This document shows positions 30,641-52,068 of a stretch of DNA of 64,000 nucleotides, in pieces (within the stretch, counting starts at the first letter, position 1; each line of letters begins with the position of its first letter). The translations under genes were made by a program, and so were the position numbers. The notes under the pieces are model-generated. The model made no database searches and was not told where the DNA came from. It worked only from the letters and a program-made list of their open reading frames with translations. Source of the DNA: the human T2T-CHM13v2.0 reference genome, Homo sapiens. The DNA is taken from the NCBI RefSeq assembly GCF_009914755.1, contig NC_060941.1. One strand, written 5' to 3'.

Positions 30641-31338
30641 AGTTTTTAGACATTAAAACCAGCAACAGCCAGAGTTGTTTTTAGCGAGGACACAGAGATA
30701 CTCAGCTGCTCCCAGAAGCCCAGCACATGAGCAGAGAAATGGCATGCTTCCTTCAGACATCCCCCGCTTGATCACAGTTGAAGGAATGTCTCAGAACACC
30801 ATGTTATAAAGTTCTAGCAGCATCCCTGACATGTCTGTTGTCAAGGTTAGTCGTTTATTTAAGATGTTCTTCTTTGTGGAAGGTTTTCCATACTCATGAG
30901 GAAAAGAAGGCACAGTGTGTAAATTTTTCACAAACAAAGCTAGCATATGTTTCAGAGCGAGGCAGCTGACCTCTGTAATGATGGCCGACGTTTCTCACGC
31001 TAACAAGCTAACTTTCTTCACCATGGATGGAACTGCACGGCAAATGGTGAACTTCTTAATTGTTCTTTCTTCCCCATAGGCAGTATCAGCTGATGTTTGG
31101 TAGGTTACTGCAGTATTCGTAGGGATAGGATTCCCAGTGGACCAATAAAGTTTTTTCAGTTGTCTTTGAAACTGATTTGAGTAGAATGCCACCAAGACAA
31201 GGTCAACTGTGCAGTATTGATAAACAAAGAAACAGCTCAGATACCGTTAGTGAGGGTTAATATGGTGGCTCTGTGGCCAGTCGGTCTGGGTCATCAGCTG
31301 GTGCCATTACCCATAGCTGTGTGAGCTGGACAGGTTAC

Positions 31339-31343
<5 letters not shown>

Positions 31344-31377
<34 letters not shown>
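31344..31377. repeat. (TG)17 microsatellite
   Basis: Pure TG run. Confidence 0.95.
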
Positions 31378-31380
<3 letters not shown>

Positions 31381-31839
31381 GTGTGTAAATGTCTTTCCCC
31401 CAAATTACTTTTTTGGGACATTTTTCTATGATGCCATTGTCCTCCCCCTGATGAGCATTTCAGTTTAAACACACGATTCTCAGAGCAGGTTAGCTACAGA
31501 TGGGGGTTTTCCACAGTCTTGGAATTAGTACTGATAAACAAAGAAACAGCTCAGATACAGTTAGTGAGGGTTAGGATGGCAGCTCTTCTGTTGGTCTGTC
31601 TGGTTCATCATTACGCACAGCCAGTACCCACAGCTGTGTGACCTGGACAGGCCACTGCACCATGCCTTAGTTTTCTCACCTATAAAATGGGGCTACTACT
31701 AGTTTCTACCTCTTAGAGTTGCTATAAAGATTAAATACAGCAATATATGTAAAGAACCTAGTTGGCCCCTAAAGTTTATCGAGTCCTTCACATTTATAAC
31801 ATTGACAGTAATCAGTGGCTCCATGCATGGATTCAGAAG

Positions 31840-32112
31840 CAATGCCTTAGACGGGAGGAATAAGCTTTAGTGATCCACTGCACAGAATCGTGACTATAAT
31901 TAACAGCCATGCATTGTATATTTCAAAATTGCTTAAAGATTAGATTTTAAATGTTCTCAACACACAGTATTGATGCATATATGAGGTGATGGATAGGTTA
32001 ATTAGCTTGATTTAATCATTCCACAATGTACACATGTATCAAAACACTTTGTGCCAAATAAATATATCCAGTTTATTATTTGTCAAATACAAATAAAATT
32101 TGTAAAATAAAA
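31840..32112 (+). mobile_element. L1MA 3' end
   Basis: ggaggaataagc...gtgactataattaaca...gaggtgatggataggttaattagcttgattt. Confidence 0.85.
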
Positions 32113-33654
32113 TGCCTCATGAAATCCACGCAGAGGAAATATGAAAAACTAGGAGATGTGAGAAGAAATTCAGTCAGAAGTCAGATGACAGAAGATAATG
32201 ATGTAGAACAGAAAATTTCATAGGGTGGAGAGAAAATTGAAGCAGGAGAAGTTTGGAGTGACACATGTTGTCACTTGACCAGCGCCAGCCGATGGCTCTG
32301 AACTGCGGTGTAAGTGGTGCAAGAATTAGGGAAGAAATAGGCACCGGGATCTTCCCTAGGGGACAGCAGGCAGATCAAGCCACGTATACCATATTCCACT
32401 CCCAGCCAAGACATGGAGAAGGAGTGTCTGATGAGGCAGCAAAGTGTTAACAGTGGGTATCAGAAAGAGCATGTGTGAGCTCTGAGATGTTGGTGCCTGG
32501 TGCCCAGGGAGCATAGATCCTTGTTTCTTTCCCTTCCTTATCTCTCTCAGAGTGTCCAACCAAAAGGGGAGAAAGCAAAATAGGCTGTGCGCGCGCGTGT
32601 GTGTGTGTGCGCGCACGCGCGTATGTGTGTAAATGCCTTTCCCCCAGATTCCTTTTTTGGAACATTTTCCTATGATCCCACATCCTCCCCTCCAGTGAGC
32701 GTTTCAGTTTAAGCATACACAATTCTCAGATCAAGTTAGCTACAGACAGGGATTTTGCTATAGTCTTGGAATTAGAGTTCTGAATTGAATGCAGTCTAAG
32801 GCCCAAGCCTCCCAAAGCAGGAGCCCATGCCTTTCCCCATTCTATCAGGGCTTTTTTTTTTTTTTTTTTTTTTTTCATTTCATTCCAGCTCCTGCAGGCT
32901 TCCTCATGACACATATTCCACCTCTCAGCACACAGTGATCTCCAGGGTCTCCCTGAGGATTAGCAAAGGGAGCTCCACATCCTTTCCACTGGGCATATGG
33001 TTACCTGGAAATAGGCGTGTTGGTGCAAGACACCGCATCCAGTTTCCTCCCTTTCCACTCCCAGAGAACTTCTCAGGGATCTGGCAGACTGCGTGAGTGT
33101 AAACAGCCACTTTGGGTTGTGTTGCCTTTGCTGCTGAGCTGTGCCTGTTAGCTATGAAATCTGCCCAAATGCCTCAGACAAATGCTGTATCCAACAACCA
33201 GCAGGAATGAGTCCTCTGATGAAAAGAAATGGAATCAAATCTTCATTATCAGCCCTCTTTGCTTCTTCTACCTGGCCCTTTGCTCATTAGCCACAAACAC
33301 CATAAGTTATGGAGACCTCAGAGCTGATTCAGCTGCCGTTACCTCCCACTTGCATTTCTATAGTAGCTTGTCAACGCATTTCCCTTCTTCACTCCAATTC
33401 TTCCTACTGGTTAATTCTTAGAAAACAAGACCCTTGCCATGCCGTCAACAGCCTTTCAGGATAAAGTCAAAGTCAATTTGGCGTTAAAGTGCCATAATCT
33501 AACCTCATTCTACCGTCTCTCATCTGCACTCCTACCAACCCTCTATGACTCAGGCCCCATTCTCTCACGTTTTATTCTTGGCCTTTCTTTCTGTGAAAGA
33601 AGTCACCTCCCCTGGCCTCTCTCCCCACCGTCCAAAATCAAGTCTCCTTTATAG

Positions 33655-34002
<348 letters not shown>

Positions 34003-34081
34003 TCATTATTCTTACTCTATTAAAATCTTCAAAATATTTTATGTACTCTCTGCAATTACACAGACTAGTATTTATTCTAAC

Positions 34082-34424
34082 TTTTTTTTGTTTGTTTGTT
34101 TTTGTTTTTTGAGATGGAGTTTCACTCTTGTTGCCCTGGCTGGAGTGCAATGGTGCAATCTCAGCTCACCACAACCTCCTCTCCCGGGTTCAAGCGATTC
34201 TCCTCCTGCTTCAGCTTCCCAAATAGCTGGGATTACAGGCGCCTGCCACCATGCCTTGCTAATCTTTTTTTTCTTTTCTTTTTTTTTTTTTTTTGTATTT
34301 TTAGTAGAGACAGGTTTTCACCATGTTGACCAGGCTGGTCTTGAACTTCTGACTTCAAGTGATCCGCCCACCTTGGCCTCCCAAAGTGCTAGAATTATAC
34401 AGGCATGAGTCACTGCGCCCGGCC
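34082..34424 (-). mobile_element. AluS with expanded middle A-rich linker
   Basis: Reverse Alu; TSD tattctaac. Confidence 0.92.
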
Positions 34425-34964
34425 TATTCTAACATTTTGAAATATTTATTGAGCAATTGAGCACCTACTATGAGCAAGTTGCACTGTGTCAGATCTGCCT
34501 TCATATCTCCCCAAGTGCCCGGCATAATGGCCATATTTATCCACTCAATGGATGCATGTTGAGTGGAAGGGCTATGTTAGACTCCTTGGGAAGCAAAAAG
34601 ATGAATTTTTCATCACCTGCCATCATCAAGAAATTAGTGTGTTAGAAGACACAAGGCATGTACATATGTAATTATAACACAATGTAGAAAGTGGTAAGCA
34701 CCCCCAAGAAATGACAGAGCAGAGGAGAGTTCACAGTAAAGAAAGATTACCTGCAGCTGAAGGAATTGGAGAAAGCTGCCATGGATAAGGTGTTGTTTTA
34801 GAGGGCCTTGAAGGATGAATAAAAATTGAACAAGTGGTAATGTGGGAAAAGACATTCCAGGGAGACAGAAACAAGATTCAGAAAAGTGATGACAGCATAA
34901 AAAAAGAACTCAGTGGAAAGATCAATAAGGGGTTGTGTGCTGAGACTATTCTAGGAAGGCTACG

Positions 34965-35280
34965 GGCCAGGAGCGGTGGCACATGGCTGTAATCCCAGCA
35001 CTTTGGGAGGCCAAGGAGGGTGGATCACGAGGTCAAGAGATTGAGACCATCCTGGCCAACATGGTGAAACCCCATCTCTACTAAAAATACAAAAATTAGC
35101 CATGCGTGGTGGCAGGCACCTGTAACCCCAGCTACTCGGGAGGCTGAAGCAGGAGGATTGCTTGAACCCAGGAGGCAGAGGTTGCGGTGAGGATGAGCCA
35201 AGAGCGCACCACTGCACTCCAGCCTGGCAACAAAGCGAGACTCCATCTCAAAAAAAATAAAATAAAATAGAAATAAAAGA
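34965..35280 (+). mobile_element. AluSc-like
   Basis: Full dimer; TSD gaaggcta(c/t)g. Confidence 0.92.
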
Positions 35281-36002
35281 AGGCTATGGTGCAGGAAAGC
35301 AGGTATAAGATGGCAGAGGACCCCTGGCATGTTCATCCATGTCCATACGGCCAGGAGTCATCACCTGGAAGCAGTGCTATGCATGGAGATTCCCAGAAAA
35401 AGAGCACTCATTGCCCAACTCCTGGTCTTGTGTGTCTAACCAACTTCCCCAGCAGTGTGGCTGGTTTCTGCCAGGCTGCATGTTCCAATAGGATGATGGC
35501 CTTTAGGTGAAGGAAAAGAAGGGCTACAATGTGAAGCTACAAGAATGCTGTCAGCAGGGAGATGCAAGGACAAAGAATAGCTACATTGCTCCGGGCTGAG
35601 TCAGAGGCAGACTCCTTAGGGGGTTTTTAGGGTGAGTGTAAGAACAGATTTCTAGATTAGAAGCAGTGTGAACCTTTGTCCAAGAATCAGCCATTTATTA
35701 CCAGTGTGCAAACCTAGATCCCACTAGAAACCCTGTCCAGCTCAACAGATGAGTCTGTATTTGCACGTTCTGGCAAAACCACATTATAGTGCAGAGATCA
35801 AGAGCATCGTGTTTGGAGTTATTAGATGTGAATTTGAATTCAGGTTCAGCTACTTATTTTTTGTGTGACCTCCTTGGGCAACTCAATGTCATCTATAAAA
35901 TGTAAATGAGCTCACAGACTTGTTGTGAGGTTCAATGGCATGATATTTCCAAATTACTTCAAACAATGTCCAACAAAACAACAGTAGCTGATGGGAAAAC
36001 AA

Positions 36003-36150
36003 TGTGTGTGTGTGTGTGTGTGGTGTGTGTGTATATATCTATATACATATGTACACATATATATACACATATAGACATATATAGATATATAGAGATATTT
36101 ATATCTATATATACAGATAGATAGATAGATAGATATAGAGAGAGAAAGTG
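36003..36150. repeat. Compound (TG)n-(TA)n-(GATA)n-(GA)n microsatellite
   Basis: Read directly from the sequence. Confidence 0.9.
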
Positions 36151-36327
36151 AGACAGAGTCTTTTCCCAAACGTGATAAATAAAGCTCCACTGATACTGGG
36201 ATGGCAATATGTGTGGATTCTTGGGCCAGGCACCAGAGTCAGAATTTCTTCCAGTTGGTATTATAATGGGAAGAACAAATGTGAAAGTTAAACACAGACC
36301 TAGATCACAGAAAATTTCACTACTTAA

Positions 36328-36489
36328 GGGAGCTATGATAGTATGTCAGGTACACTCATAGCATTACTGGGTAGATGCGGGGATAGCTATGATAGTATGC
36401 CAGGAACACTCATAGCATTACTGGGTAGATGCAGGGGGAGCTATGATAGTATGTCAGGTACACGCATAGCATTACTGGGTAGATGCAGG
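36328..36489. repeat. Minisatellite, 3 x 54 bp
   Basis: agctatgatagtatg.cagg.acac.catagcattactgggtagatgc starts at 36331, 36385 and 36439. Confidence 0.95.
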
Positions 36490-38138
36490 TGGTGTGGTGA
36501 TCTACTTTGTATTTGGGATATTTGGGGGTTTCCCAAAAGGTTGCACATTCTCAAAAGAGCAACCATTCTATCATTCCAATATTTCAACTTGAGTTGAGTT
36601 TTGTGATGTTAAGTAGCTATGTCAGGTGCCTAGATTGGAGCTTGACAGATTGTAAGATGGGGTGCCTGCCCATGGGTGGAGGTGAAAAGAATCTGAAATT
36701 TGCAAAAGAATCTCACAGCAATCCCACTTCAGAGGGAATATCATAGGCCTTATGCCTCCATAGGGAGCCCACCTGCAGGCCCGCTTGGCACTGTGTCAGC
36801 AGCCAAGCCCAGCCCACCCTTGCTCATATCCACCTCATCACACATCTGGTGCTCACACCTGATTCCACTCCCAAGCAATTCCAGGGCATTTCAAGGTTGT
36901 CTTCCCATGGGTATGATTTAAATAGCTCTCAGGATATTCCTGAGTTTTCCCTATTACCAGCAAGAGGATTAGTCACCTGGAGCTGAGCAGGGTATGGTAA
37001 ATGTGTCTTTTGTAGTAATTACAATAACTTCAAGCAGAACAAACACAGCTCCAGCATCTCCAGGCTCACACGAGCCAAAGCTGTCCTGAAGACGCGGATC
37101 ACAGCAGGTGGCAGGCAGCTCTCCCAAGAAGACCTAAAGTTTGTCTTTTTAAGTGAATCTGGCAGAAGACACATTGTTTCCCTGTGTGGGCATGACAACC
37201 AATGTGATGCCACTTTTTTTTCAAGCAGAATTGAAAATGAACATCCTTGCCAGAAGTAGGGAAGCAGAGCAGGCTCACTGGAGAGGAGTTCACACAGACC
37301 TGGGCTCTCAAGAAAAAGAGCACTCACTACTCAGCTCCAAGGGGACCCTGAGTCAGGGCTTCTGGGGTAAAGGGACAAGACTGAGAAATAGGGAAAGCAA
37401 GAGAGTGGACAGAAGCACAGGAATCAGTGACCTCATAATGTCATCAGCAACCAACCTGTCTTACTGGGTGGCGGCGGGGGGGATCCCACTTTCTGACACC
37501 AAGAGTCAAAGGCCTGCCTCTGTGCATTGACTTTTTCATGCCACCAAGATCTAAAGAGCTGTGTTGGAATGAATTAGAATGATAACTAATCTTCAAGCCG
37601 AAGTGCCAAGTGTGGGTTGGATTTGAGATTAGGAAGGAGGGGTGCCTTCTTTCCCCCAACACGCTCATACTCAGATATATGTGAAATGCTATGACCCACA
37701 AACCTGGCTACAGGCCCAGAATATCTGCCACTTTGGGCCTTAGGAAGAAGAGAAGAAGAAGAAGGAAGCTCAGATAAGCAATCCAGTATTATCACCATGG
37801 CCTCTTGTTCATTTTCTGCTACCTCAAGAGTTGATTCATTTACTTATTTATTAATCATTCAAAAAACTGCACAAGTACCTCCAAGGAGCCTAAGAAATAT
37901 TGTGCTACGGTAAACACAAAAGCACTGTCATTGAACTCAACCTCCAGAAACATTCAATGTATAAATAGTTGAGGAAGAGAGCCTTACATGCAGAAGTATT
38001 TAATGAACTTTGAAAGAGTGAATGAATGAGACAGAGAAGAAGCAATATATGATGAAGCACCAAAAATGAATGACAGTGGTGACAAATTCTCCAATTATCA
38101 GAAGAGCAAAGAACTCCATTTTGCACTGGAGGACCTGA

Positions 38139-38477
<339 letters not shown>

Positions 38478-39031
38478 TACCTGAGTTTTATCTTCAAGGA
38501 TTGGAAGAGTTTGGGAGAAGTGAGAAGGAGAAGAACAATCAAAGTGGAAGATGTTCTTCCCAAGGCAAGCACCGAGGAATAGGGGTTTTGGGGACAGCAG
38601 AAGGAAACCAGTCCGTGTGAGTCCCTGGCATGTTGAGTGAAATGAAATGGGCCTGGACTATAGGGCAGCCTTGAAAATGAAGTTCCACCTGCAGCATTTC
38701 CCAAAGTGTGGGCCAGTTTCCAGCAGTCACCTAAGATGCTTTTAAAAAGCTGATTCCTAGAGCCTGTGTCGAATCTTCCAAAATCATAATTTATGGGGTG
38801 GAACGAAGGCCCAGAATCTTTTTAATCAGTTCCTCATGTAATTCTTAAGTACACTAGAGTTTAAAACTCGTTGGCCTTAAGCATCTAAACTTTAACCTGG
38901 TGGTAGTTAAAATACTTGCAGGCTCAAGGCCAGGATGACACAGCATTGGAGAAACCAGGTTATCATAGCAATTCTGGAGTGTGGTGATCAGGCCCCAGAC
39001 ATGAGAGTTATAGCCAATATCTATATCACCT

Positions 39032-39485
<454 letters not shown>

Positions 39486-40304
39486 TGAATGATCATGAAG
39501 AATGGCAGACACCAAATCACCCTTCCTCTGTTTCACCTACTGCCCACTCCAAACACACACATAACCAAACACATGCAAACATCAATACATGCAAACACAT
39601 ACATATCCACACAGTGTATTTGTACCACAGAGTCAACTGCCCACCTCCCTTAGCAGATAAACCTGCTACCAAACGTGAGGAAACTCACTGTCAGCTTCTT
39701 CAGCCTTGGCTGCTGAGGCAAGGGTGCATGTGCTGCTTCTAGGAGACCTGCTAACTGCTGCTGGTGGTCCACATGCTCTCAGTGGGCAGAGGGGCCCCAG
39801 CTTGCTTCTCTGCTTCCTGCAAACAGCCTTGGAGCTCAAATGGAGATTGTTTTGTCACTTTGTGGTCTTGTCAGCATATCGATCAATGAGTCCTGAGCGC
39901 TAATTGTTGTTATCCAGCTCAATCCATCAGGAAGGCTGATATCCCTGACTGGGCACTGTGCCAAAGCCCAGGACTCATGAAGAGAGAAGGAGGAGGGACT
40001 GGTAATTGAGGGAGAGGAGATATGATCAGTTGATAAGTCCAGAGAAAGACAGGATGCCAAACTTAACAGACTGCATGCATATCCCCGCAGAGAAGAGCCC
40101 TCGACAAAATCAGAGAATTGTTAGCTTTGCTATTCGGTGTACGTCATGAATTCTGCTGGCCTCCCTTCCACATCAACACATATCTTCCCACACGTTCCAG
40201 ACCTCCACCCATTACATAGAAAACCATCTGCCCGAACCCCCACAGGACATCTTTGGAGTACACTAACGTAGCATTTGTCAAAGCTGGTTAATGAACCTAT
40301 GCTG

Positions 40305-40765
40305 GAAATTTCCATTTGACCCTCTGTATCGACTCTCCACCCTTCTCAGTGCTCCTGGATGCTGACCTGTGGGTATTACTTTGCTAGGTTTCTCATTCTG
40401 TGGCTGCTGGTTGGGTTTGATAAATGGGGAATCCCCAAAAGAGAGCAGAGAGATGGAGGAGAGTGAAGTTGGGACACTTCATTCCCAGGCTACCTTCCTG
40501 TACATTAATGGGAGTCTGGCTATGTCTCTCAACTAAAGATCAGAGGACCCTGTGTACACAGTTCTCCCTGCCTTTGGGTTCCAGAAGCCACTCCTTTCCT
40601 TCATCACTCAGGCCCAGTTTGGCTAAAGCTCTCACTTCTACTAGTCCTGGAGCACTACAGTGTCTCTTGGGGGTTCCATACATCCTGCTAACACTTTTGA
40701 ATGTAGTCCTTTTGTTAAAGTCCCCCCAGAATACCCCAATGGATGTATATGTTTCCTGTCTACAC
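40305..40765. mobile_element. Ancient ERVL-class LTR (LTR33/LTR41-like)
   Basis: ggatgctgacctgt...ctgtggctgctggttgggtttga.aaatgggga...gagagatggaggagagtga. Confidence 0.55.
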
Positions 40766-42019
40766 TCTGTGTTAGGTGAAAAAATTGCTCTATGGTCAAA
40801 TAACTAATAAAATGGGTTATTTATGGTTGGACTTCTCAGTGCCTTTAACATGCATGGTAAATGTCTGAGAGGAAGGATATAGTATGCAGGATTCAAAACT
40901 TACTTAACTCAAAACCACACCCATTCTTACAGAGTTCAGAGAAAGTATTTCATGGAACCCAGATATATACCAACACCCAAGGGCTACAAGCAATGAGATG
41001 CACAGCCACCAGAAAACACAAACCTTCTTGGAGTGTCTTCTGCGGAGCACGGAGAGACTTTGTAAATAGCATGGAAGCTTTCAGACAATGACGCATAATG
41101 AATAAAAGTACAGGCTTGGGAAAGTCCTGTCTCTGCCACCAACTCTCTGATCTTGGACAGGTTACTTCACTTCTCTGAACCTCTTTTCTCACCTATAAAA
41201 TGCAGTAGCTGAACTTGATCAAGAGATTTTAAGTTTATTACCAGAGGAAATGTTTCTTCTAATGAAATCTTAGGTAGAGGCCCAGTACAGAAGACAGATG
41301 GAAACCCAGCTGCTCTGGGTGAGGCGGAGGTCAGATGAGTAGGAGGAATGCTGACACTCCATCCCTTAGACACTATGCTTTAAACAGTGGCTTTTGAGCC
41401 ACATCCACACAACCCTCAGGTCTCTCTGAAGCCAGTTTGGGAAACAGCATCCTAGAGGCACCTTTCAGTGACTGGTTTCATGTGAGCACAAGGTGGTCTT
41501 CATATGGAATCATGTTGGCCCCCACCTGAAGGAGGCAGAGGAAGCCACTGAGCTTATACTTAGAGCAAGAACTGCAAAGAGTCCCATGTGGAATCTTTCT
41601 TTTTTCATTTCTGAAAATGTGTCAGTCTGGTACAACAAATAACTCCCTTTATTTTGAGGCAAAGGAACTTTAGAACCTATTTTCCCCTTCTATGAGATGT
41701 CTTTAATACCAAATGACTCATCCCAGACAATATTCTAACTATTAATATGTATGAATGAGTCTGAAATCTGGACACAGGTATCATTCTCCCAGGATACAAA
41801 ATGTTCAACCTAAAATGTATTCGGAATTTTACTAATACCAAAAGATCTTAAGATGCCTTTAAGCTACCCAGGGAGTGAGGACACAACCAGAGCTTCCCCT
41901 TCATCTCCACTTCCCTCTAACATCTCTTTGGCTGAGCACTGAGGTCTCCAGGGTACTAGGAAGCTAGAGGATGATTGGGGAGACTGTGCCCAGAACTCCA
42001 GTGAAGCTGGTCATGCCCC

Positions 42020-45735
<3,716 letters not shown>

Positions 45736-45744
45736 ATAAAGACA

Positions 45745-46230
45745 ACATTTAGCTTGCTTATATGTCTGTGACTTGGGCCAAGTTCAATAGAGATGGCTCA
45801 TCTCCATTCCAGTTGTTTCAGGTAGGACAGCTAGAAGGCTGTGGGTCAGAACTATCTGAAGTCTTGTCCCCTCACAGGGCTGGCAGTGGATGTTGGCTGT
45901 CAACTGAGACCTCAGCTGGGAATATCAGCCCTTTCATGTATCCTTTTCATGTGGCCTGGATTTCCTTACAACTTGGCAGCTGGAATCTAAGGTTGAGTGT
46001 GCCAAAAGAAAGAGAGCCAGGTGAAAGTCGTAACACTTTTTGCACCCAGCCTCGGAAGTCGTGCAAGGTTACTCCTGCTGTATTCTCTTCATTGAGACAG
46101 TCACACAGGCCTCCAGTTACAAGGAGCAGCAGGAAAATAAGTCCTATCTAATGAGTGGATGGCAAGGTTATGGGAGAGCCTGTGGGACTAGAAATATAAC
46201 TGTAGCCATTTTTGGAAAATACAATATGCC
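45745..46230. mobile_element. MLT1-family MaLR LTR
   Basis: gttggctgtcaactgagacctcagctggg...catgtggcctggatttccttacaacttggcagctgg...cccagcctcggaagtc. Confidence 0.75.
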
Positions 46231-46599
46231 CCGGTCTCTAAAGACTGACTTTATCTCTTCCAAACACACATGACTGCCCATAGCAACCTAGTTTATGTGT
46301 CATGAGTACAGTCATACAGAGACACCAAAACTCTCTCTTATAATGATTTCTAATTTCTGGAGTAGGGACTTGAATTGACTTAGGTTAAGTCAAGCACTCA
46401 TACTTGGTCTAGTAGCCCTGACACCTGGGGTCTGGGCTTTGCGGAGAAGGCATGATCATACTACACAACTATAGCAGAGAGGAGAAGATACTCCAATGAA
46501 GAAAGGACCATTCTATGAGAATGAGGAATCCCTTTTAGCTAATTGGACAACCCATGAAGTACCACATAAGATAGAATACTCTTTCTGTGTCATCAAAAG

Positions 46600-49450
<2,851 letters not shown>

Positions 49451-50121
49451 TCCGCTGTTAATGAAACATTTTAAGTGAGATTCAAACAAAAGGAAAAGCA
49501 CTGTACTTGTAAATCAAGACATATATTGTTTGTGACTTCATCTGTTAAATACAACAAAGATTTCAATTAAGGTGTTTAAAAAGTTCTACATAGTGTCTGG
49601 CAAATGGTAGGCCAATAATATATATTCATTCTACTTCAGTCCTCATTTAAATGAAGATCATTGTGAAGACGAGTTTTTTTAAAATGCCTATGAAAGTGTT
49701 CAGCACAGAGCAAGAAGCCTAATTGGCTATCAGCAATTATTAAGTGAATCTGAGTCATAAATAACCCTTTCCTGGTGATACCTCAACTCTGAGATGGAAG
49801 TCTAGAAGTGTTTCTTACTGACTGCCACTCTCCAGAAACTCCAGACTGAATGACCTGGGTTTCTCCCATTTCTCTGTGATCCTGCCATATTGTTTAAAAA
49901 CGAACAAATAAACCAAACAACAACAACAACAAAACCTCATTGGAACTAGTTTTCTTCTTGCCTCTGGAGGACAAGCAAGAAAAAATGTTTTTTAATCTCT
50001 CTGGATTCTCTCTTCTTGCTTAAATTCAGGTCCAGTGTAGAACTGTTTCAATCTTTGGCAAACAGTTTCTTCCCTGGCTTCAACCTAATCTGTCTTGCGA
50101 AGGGACAGTATCTTCATGTGA

Positions 50122-50470
<349 letters not shown>

Positions 50471-52011
50471 CTGTTGTGCTTGACTATTTAGAGTTCAGCC
50501 TTCACCAAGGGAATGCTGGATGATTCCATTGGTTTGGGAAATTTTGTCTGGTGGGAATTCACAGGATTTGTCTTGGAAATTGAGAGTGGAGCTAAAAGAA
50601 ATCTTGACAAAAAGGTCTATTATGGGCCTGGATTTAGGAGATGGCTACAGGGAAGAGGACTTTGGGATACACTGGATATGGAGAATGACAGGAGGAAAAT
50701 GGTGACGATGATTGAAGTTTCACATTCCAGGCCCACGGAACAACAGTACCATGGACAGAAGCCTGGACACCAGAATAAAATGAGGAGCTCACTTTGGGAC
50801 TTAATGATTTGGGGTGAGGGTAGGAATTTCAAGGGCATGTCCATAAGCATAAAATCTAACCCTACAGATCAAGATGGACCTTGAGCTAGAGTTGTAGATT
50901 TGGGAACTATTAATCTGGGCAAGTGGATGTAAACCTTGGAGTAGAGCTGAAGTCTTCACAAAGATGCCTGAGCATTATGAAGCCCTGGTATTTACAGAAT
51001 AGAAGGGGAAATGGGACATAGTGAAGGAGCTATGGAATGAGTAGCCAGAGTATAAGGCCAAAGGCAGGAAAGAAGGCTTCAGTCACAAGATGTAAAGAAA
51101 TGAAAGCAGATATTCTAGACTGCAAGAAGGACAGGGCTGTAACCTGCGGTTTAGGTAAACTAAAGCAAAGGCCTCATGCCTCCTCTTCCCTTTGCTTTAG
51201 TTGAAATCAGATACATGCAACAATGAAAAACAAGAACATAATGTTCAGTTGAAGCAATCATAGAATGCCAGAGTGCACTGTAGTGGTCAGCCACATTTTC
51301 ATTCAAACAATTTTAAAAGCTTTTGGAACGCCTTGAACTTCAGGGTTTGGCAACTGTAACTGTGTTAATTGTGTGGCTTATTCCATCTAAGTGGAATATT
51401 ATTAATAAAGGAAATGCCTTTGAACTATTAGACTGTGTCATTTAAAGGCAGGACAGAGCCTAGAATCCAGGACTCCTGATCTCAGGCAGTGGACAGCTCA
51501 GGTCATCTTGCTGCATCTCAGGATGCATCCAGACCCTCCTGTATAAAGGCTTAGGGACAAATCAGAGTCCTGTAAAGTGGAAGCGCCTTAAGTCAGGGCA
51601 CCCTCATTTTGGTTAACCACACCCTAATACCCACCACTCAATGAAATCTGCTTCCCCGGCTTAGTTCCCCCACCCTGTCCATGCACGCATGCATGCATAC
51701 CTGCCAAACACTCCCTACTCTCCATCCTTCTCCTCTTCCACCCACCCCTACGAAGCCTCTATAACTAGTTGGCCTCATCCCGAGATGTGGGTGGGTCACC
51801 ATGGTGACAGAGGAAACCCTGTTGCAGAAGGAGAGAGACAGAAACAGCAGGGGACGTTTCTTGGAGCCTCATACAATGACCTCTGCCTTTCTTAGAAGTG
51901 CTTCCTTTAAGTCAGAGAAGCACATTAGAGGTAAAGAGAGATGCTGTTATGTTGGAGAGATAGTGGAATGCCTGAACTCTTCTTTAAAAATTTCTTTTCT
52001 ATGATTTTCAG

Positions 52012-52068
52012 GTGATCATCAATATAACCATCCGATTTTGAGCAGTGTTACCCAGATCCCGCCACATG
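52012..52068 (+). CDS. SHISA6: SHISA6 internal coding exon (57 nt, frame-preserving; (G)DHQYNHPILSSVTQIPPH)
   Basis: Acceptor tttcttttctatgattttcag and donor G|gtgaga. The phase-1 translation matches my recollection of the Shisa6 GDxQYNHPILSS segment and joins the next exon as H-E-K-P-R-M. Too short to appear in the ORF track. Confidence 0.9.

Noticed and set aside
36328-36489. Hairpin-containing repeats resembling a CRISPR array, and the repetitive ORF 36343..36597
   Set aside because: No unique spacers, human DNA and no cas genes; the peptide repeat follows from a unit length divisible by 3.
49990-50045. Cryptic acceptor (ttcttgcttaaattcag|gtccagtgtag) as a poison exon
   Set aside because: No convincing donor or poly(A) signal; such sites are common in long introns.
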